DNA of 64,000 nt from Sulfobacillus sp. (GTDB lineage: Bacteria > Bacillota > Sulfobacillia > Sulfobacillales > Sulfobacillaceae). A program made the translations under genes and the position numbers. Numbering within the stretch: position 1 is the stretch's first letter; every line of letters begins with the position of its first letter. Of this stretch, positions 59,791-64,000 are shown piece by piece. Location of the stretch: the NCBI GenBank assembly GCA_027343765.1, contig DAHWKG010000098.1, forward strand, positions 46,411 through 110,410, read 5' to 3'. The notes beneath the pieces were generated by a model. The model was not told the DNA's origin and searched no databases. It saw only the letters and a program-made list of their open reading frames with translations.

Positions 59791-60567
59791 ATGCGCCGAG
59801 GACGCCGCTTGACGGGAGGTTGGCACGTGATCCCCGGAGGGTTTCAGCGCGGTGTCCGCTGGCTTGGAATTCACAAGTGGGTATGGATGTTGGCGTTGGC
59901 TGTGGCGTTGGCCGGCCTCGTGTGGTGGGGCTGGGATGTTCTCCAGGCCACGGTCGGGATTCGTCATGCCTTTTCTCTTTTGGCCTCTACCCTCAAAAAC
60001 TTTGCGGCGGCCATGGGCCCTTGGGGGCCATTGCTGATTATCTTGGCCCTCGCCAGTCATAGTATTGTCATCGTCTTTCCAATGGAAATCCCCACCCTAG
60101 CGGCCTTCGGTCTCTATGGTCCCCTAGGGGGGCTGGCGGTGGTGTGGGTCGGTTCTATGGTCACCGCCAGTATCTCGTTCATGCTGGGGCGGTTGATCGG
60201 GCCGCCGATTTTGAAACGGTGGGCCAATCAGCCACGGGTTCAGTCGGTGGCTAAAGCGGTGGCTCATTTGAACCCGGTAGCGCTCATTCTCCTACGATGG
60301 ATTTCCTTTATTCCCTTTGATGTGCTGAATATGATTTTTGGTGCCTGTCAAGTGCCGGTATTTCGATTCGCCTGGACCACGGCGGTGGGGGTTTTGGCCA
60401 CCAATCTGGTGACGGCCCTCCTCTATCGCACGGCCGTTCATGCGCATTGGGGCGAGTTGGTGTTTCTGGTGGCCGCGCTCTTCATTTTCGGGTGGGGACT
60501 CTATTGGTGGGCCAACCGCACCCATTTGAAACGGTTGAATCGCGCCCCTGACGACCTTGATGCTTAG
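59791..60567 (+). CDS. DedA/TVP38 (SNARE-associated) membrane protein
   Basis: G..YG...G, SF.LGR, LLR..FIPFD..N...G; start uncertain. Confidence 0.85.
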   Translation: MRRGRRLTGGWHVIPGGFQRGVRWLGIHKWVWMLALAVALAGLVWWGWDVLQATVGIRHAFSLLASTLKNFAAAMGPWGPLLIILALASHSIVIVFPMEIPTLAAFGLYGPLGGLAVVWVGSMVTASISFMLGRLIGPPILKRWANQPRVQSVAKAVAHLNPVALILLRWISFIPFDVLNMIFGACQVPVFRFAWTTAVGVLATNLVTALLYRTAVHAHWGELVFLVAALFIFGWGLYWWANRTHLKRLNRAPDDLDA

Positions 60568-60879
60568 CGGAGTAGTCGGCTCCTTAAACGTATGGAGGAA
60601 TCGGGTGCGGTCCAAGCCGAAGGCCACCTGAACGCCGTGGCCCTTCCGATGCCCGTCGATCACGGTCATTCTCTCTGTCCATGGACCGGGGGTTTCAATC
60701 ATCGCGGGTGGTTTCCACCAAAGAGGGATCTTCTGCGACTGCTACGGTCAAGGGATCGAGAAGGGGACGCCAACCATCGTTGTCCGGGTCATCTTTTTGG
60801 TAGGCGGCAATGAAACAGCGGGCAAGGTTAGTGAGACGAGCCACCCTCACTCACGTGAGGTTGCCGCCGTGTCGATGGA

Positions 60880-61150
60880 TTATGGACCGCAAGTAATCAC
60901 CGGCATCGGTGGCCCGGTCCAAGGACGGATCAGGGGGCGGTCGGCTCCCGGGTAGACGGGCACGTTAGACCCTAAAAGTTCGGTGATGATGAGAGTATTC
61001 CGAGTGATGGTCTCTAAATCGGCGTTGCCAAAGACCGCCGTTGATCCCCAAAAGCTCAAGCTTAGGCGATGTGAGCGTGTAATATAGGGCCCCGGGTCAT
61101 CGACGCCGGTATCTACGTCCACTATGATTTTCGTACGGGCAGGCGCGGCG
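60880..61150 (-). pseudogene. nucleoside hydrolase (IUNH) N-terminal remnant
   Basis: KIIVDVDTGVDD, shifted-frame ALYYTLTSPKLELLGI, then VFGNA..TRNT..VPVYPGA..PL, truncated. Confidence 0.8.
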
Positions 61151-61384
61151 GTCACCTCTTTTGGCGCTAGCAACCCCGGTGCACTCCTATTTGACAAACC
61201 GTATCCTAGCTGAGAATTGGCTGAATTTGGCCCAGGTCATCCGTCAAGGACTCCCTCCGTTAGGGCTCCATGATAAAATGAACCTGACTATTCGCGCTGA
61301 AAATGTCTCAGCGGACGTAGGTAACCTTCTTTGACAGCGAGCCGTTTAAAAGGGAAGGCGGGTTGAAGCAAAGGTTGGCGGGAA

Positions 61385-62086
61385 ATGATTAAACGGGGAT
61401 TATTCATCGTAACCGCATGGTTGGTCGTGGGATCAGGTTGGTGGCTGGCACACTGGCCGATTTTTCACGTGGGCGCGCCGCGTCCTGCCACACATAGGGT
61501 CCACCACCGTCGTGTGGATGTCGACTTCCCGAAGCATGTGCCGTCTGAGAGTAGCCAGGCGTCGGTTATTGGCGATCAAGTGTTGGCGTTAGCGATGGGA
61601 GGCGAAACAGTGGCGGGAGTCGCCGTCCACCAATCCCACGGGTTCTTAGTGTTGAAGAATTTTTATGGTAAGCCTCATTGGTCTCGATACAGCGTGTCTC
61701 CCGACGCCGTGACCTGGCAAGGGGGATGGCGCTTCTTAGGATCGAAGACGTTTCATAATGCGCCGGTAAACCTGGTCATTCAAAACCATGCCGTCATTGG
61801 GGTGTTGGGCTACCACGACGCCTATGGCCGGGTATTAAGAAGCCGACCCGGATGGGTGGCCATCGCCACCGTCAATACCAAAAAGCGCCCTAATCCCGCG
61901 TGTGCCCCGCGGATGGGAAAGCCGCTAGTGGCTCGGATTGTGCATGACACGGTGTGGAACTCCAAGCGCGGGCATTTGCCGCGGGGAAGCCTCGTCCAAT
62001 ATACCGTCTATGGAATCCCCGGATCGCCCATGATCTTGGGTGGAATCGAGGACTACGGTCCCGCTCGCTGCCCGGCCCCGAAATAG
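61385..62086 (+). CDS. membrane-anchored/secreted hypothetical protein
   Basis: 233-aa ORF with N-terminal TM; no family recognised. Confidence 0.6.
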   Translation: MIKRGLFIVTAWLVVGSGWWLAHWPIFHVGAPRPATHRVHHRRVDVDFPKHVPSESSQASVIGDQVLALAMGGETVAGVAVHQSHGFLVLKNFYGKPHWSRYSVSPDAVTWQGGWRFLGSKTFHNAPVNLVIQNHAVIGVLGYHDAYGRVLRSRPGWVAIATVNTKKRPNPACAPRMGKPLVARIVHDTVWNSKRGHLPRGSLVQYTVYGIPGSPMILGGIEDYGPARCPAPK

Positions 62087-62114
62087 TGCTTGGGGTGAGT
62101 GGGACGGGAGCGAG

Positions 62115-62645
62115 GTGAGGTTGGTGATTGATTGGCATCCCTGGGAGAATGCCGGGCTGGAGGGAACGATCTGGACCAGTCCGGTCGGCATCATGTGGAT
62201 CACGTGGCGCGGACGGGCGTTAGTGGCCGGAGAGTTCGGCACGGATGTGCCCCAAGAAGTCTACGGATGCCGAGTCAAACGGGCCTCCTTGCCTAGGGAG
62301 ATTGGCCGCATTTATGAAGCGGCCTTTTCGGGAGAAGCGTTCATCTTGCCGGTGAGCGCCGACAGGCTAACGCTCTTGGAAAGGACCATCCTGTCCACCG
62401 CCACAGAGATACCGTTTGGCACGACGGCAAGCTACGGTACGGTGGCTCATTGGGCGGGATTTCCCGGGCGGGCCCGTGCCGCCGGTCGGGCCATGAGCCG
62501 GGCACCGTTAGTCTATGTGATCCCAACCCATCGTGTTATTCGGGCCGATGGAACCGCGGCGGCTTGTCAACGAGACCCGGTGAATGATGCCCTGCGACAA
62601 TATGAGCATATTCACCTGGGCCCGGCGAGGGAAGTCGGCAGATGA
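62115..62645 (+). CDS. MGMT/alkyltransferase-like protein with PTHRV motif
   Basis: SPVG, IPFG...SYG.VA...G.P..ARAAG.A, IPTHRVI; start approximate. Confidence 0.8.
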   Translation: MRLVIDWHPWENAGLEGTIWTSPVGIMWITWRGRALVAGEFGTDVPQEVYGCRVKRASLPREIGRIYEAAFSGEAFILPVSADRLTLLERTILSTATEIPFGTTASYGTVAHWAGFPGRARAAGRAMSRAPLVYVIPTHRVIRADGTAAACQRDPVNDALRQYEHIHLGPAREVGR

Positions 62646-62656
62646 AACGATTCGCC

Positions 62657-62971
62657 TTAGCTAATACGGGTTAAATAGACCTGGTTGGCAACGGGTGCCT
62701 GGCCTAAGGTAGCGTTCAGTAGCTGCTGTAGAGAGGGCGCATCGCCTCGGCATTCCAACAGGCAACGATCCGAGTCCGATAGAACAATCAACAACTCGTT
62801 GCTAGAAATGTCCCCAAGACGAAACCAGAGGATGTGATAGCCGGGGACGACGACAAAGTCCTGCTCCTCCTTGGCCAGAAGGTGGGCCAGCTTTGCTCCA
62901 TCAAGGTAGAGCTGTAGCGGGCGAGAATCTAAAAATCCATGACAGGCACGGCGAATGGTCATATGAGCCAT
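62657..62971 (-). CDS. hypothetical protein (about 104 aa)
   Basis: GGGAGG RBS then MAHMTIRR; beta-rich, PG.H motif. Confidence 0.55.
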   Translation of the reverse strand: MAHMTIRRACHGFLDSRPLQLYLDGAKLAHLLAKEEQDFVVVPGYHILWFRLGDISSNELLIVLSDSDRCLLECRGDAPSLQQLLNATLGQAPVANQVYLTRIS

Positions 62972-63156
62972 TTGAGAATGTCCTCCCATAATTTCATTCA
63001 ACGCAAGAATCAATATTGACAGCGACCATTTTCTATCTTAATGATACATGTTCCCGGGGGTTGAGGCGAGTGGATTAATCGCACATTTTTGGCAGGTATC
63101 CACGGCGAATTTTGGCGTCATAGCCCCTATAATGGGAAAAGAACGGGGGGAATGTT

Positions 63157-64000
63157 GTGCGCGGCAAAGGTGCAGCGGGCGTGGTGCTTCTGGTAGGGAT
63201 GACGGCAACGGTGCTCGGATCTGAAGTCTATGCAGCATCGGCCAGGCGTGTAGCCGTGACGGCGCTGCCGGCGCACTATACCTTCACCAAGACCGTGCAA
63301 TTGACCAATACCGGTCGGCAAGATGCCTTCAATGTGACTGCCGATGTCGTCCTTAAGGCTCCGAAAACGGCCTATGCGCATGTAACTGTCGTCGGATCCT
63401 CGATGTCGCCAGCATCCGTTCATCGGGACGCGTCCGGAAACGTGGTGGGGGTGTTTCGCTTTGGGGAGCTGGCACCCGGTCAAACCGTGACCCTCGCCTT
63501 AGACTATCAGGCCACCTCGTCGGACGTGTCCTATCATTTACCCTATACCTATCCGCATTACAATACCGCGTCTCAAATTTACCGTCGGTATACGGATCCG
63601 GCGCGGGAATCGAAGGTGATTGAAACCAACGCGCCAGCCATTAAGGCGCTCGACCAATCCATAACGGGAGGCATGCAAAACCCCTATCGTCGGGCCCAAG
63701 CTCTCTTTAATTGGGTCAGCACACACATCCACTACAACACCAATTTGAAGGCGACCGGCTCCGCACTGGCCACCCTTCAAGAGCGCCGCGGCGTGTGCAG
63801 TGACATCGCTGACTTATACGTATCCATGCTACGGACTGATCATATTCCGGCCCGGGTTGTGGATGGCTACGTCACTAATAATGGCAATGGGCAAGAGGGG
63901 CTACACCAATGGGTCGAGTTCTATCTGCCGCAGACGGGTTGGGTAGCCGCTGACCCTACCTGGGGTGTGGGTTATTTCGCGGAACTGCAGGATAACTGGC
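63157..64000 (+). CDS. secreted transglutaminase-like protein (partial, runs off window; absent from ORF track)
   Basis: GTG 63157 open to end: signal peptide, GVCSD, IPARVV.GY, HQWVEFY..GWV..DPTWG (Cys-His-Asp triad). Confidence 0.88.
   Translation, partial: MRGKGAAGVVLLVGMTATVLGSEVYAASARRVAVTALPAHYTFTKTVQLTNTGRQDAFNVTADVVLKAPKTAYAHVTVVGSSMSPASVHRDASGNVVGVFRFGELAPGQTVTLALDYQATSSDVSYHLPYTYPHYNTASQIYRRYTDPARESKVIETNAPAIKALDQSITGGMQNPYRRAQALFNWVSTHIHYNTNLKATGSALATLQERRGVCSDIADLYVSMLRTDHIPARVVDGYVTNNGNGQEGLHQWVEFYLPQTGWVAADPTWGVGYFAELQDNW

Noticed and set aside
1-64000. CRISPR array, prophage, rRNA, defence island
   Set aside because: No regular repeat-spacer pattern, phage genes or rRNA-like sequence noticed on reading

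Overview
Mostly core-genome window from a GC-rich (about 58-60% by eye), probably endospore-forming Bacillota; gene content and style suggest a Sulfobacillus-like organism (inference). In order: an oxidative pentose-phosphate operon (tkt, tal-pgi fusion, gnd, zwf, opcA, start of probable pgl), ROK kinase, glnA, tRNA-Leu(CAA), a polA-mutM-SBP-coaE-lytic transglycosylase/SASP operon, a small decayed islet (antitoxin, broken PIN toxin, transposase-like remnant), hom, cell-wall genes, PduO, FNR, M61 peptidase, class I aldolase, a CofE-like ligase / Leu-Val dehydrogenase / isobutyryl-CoA-mutase-type cluster, a phased DnaA-box array in front of a small zinc-ribbon gene, a coxDE-MSL-like molybdenum hydroxylase with a non-CODH active-site motif, lipL, asnO, purEK, TetR + paaABCD, ctaB-DUF420-MFS, an alpha/beta SASP, trxB, a nucleoside-hydrolase pseudogene, a PTHRV alkyltransferase-like gene and a transglutaminase-like gene cut by the window end. 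No CRISPR, rRNA, prophage or intact IS was seen. The most promising undescribed element is the DnaA-box array + sigmaH-like promoter + micro-ORF + zinc-ribbon gene at about 35.64-36.17 kb. All calls are from motif recognition by eye; no database searches were run.
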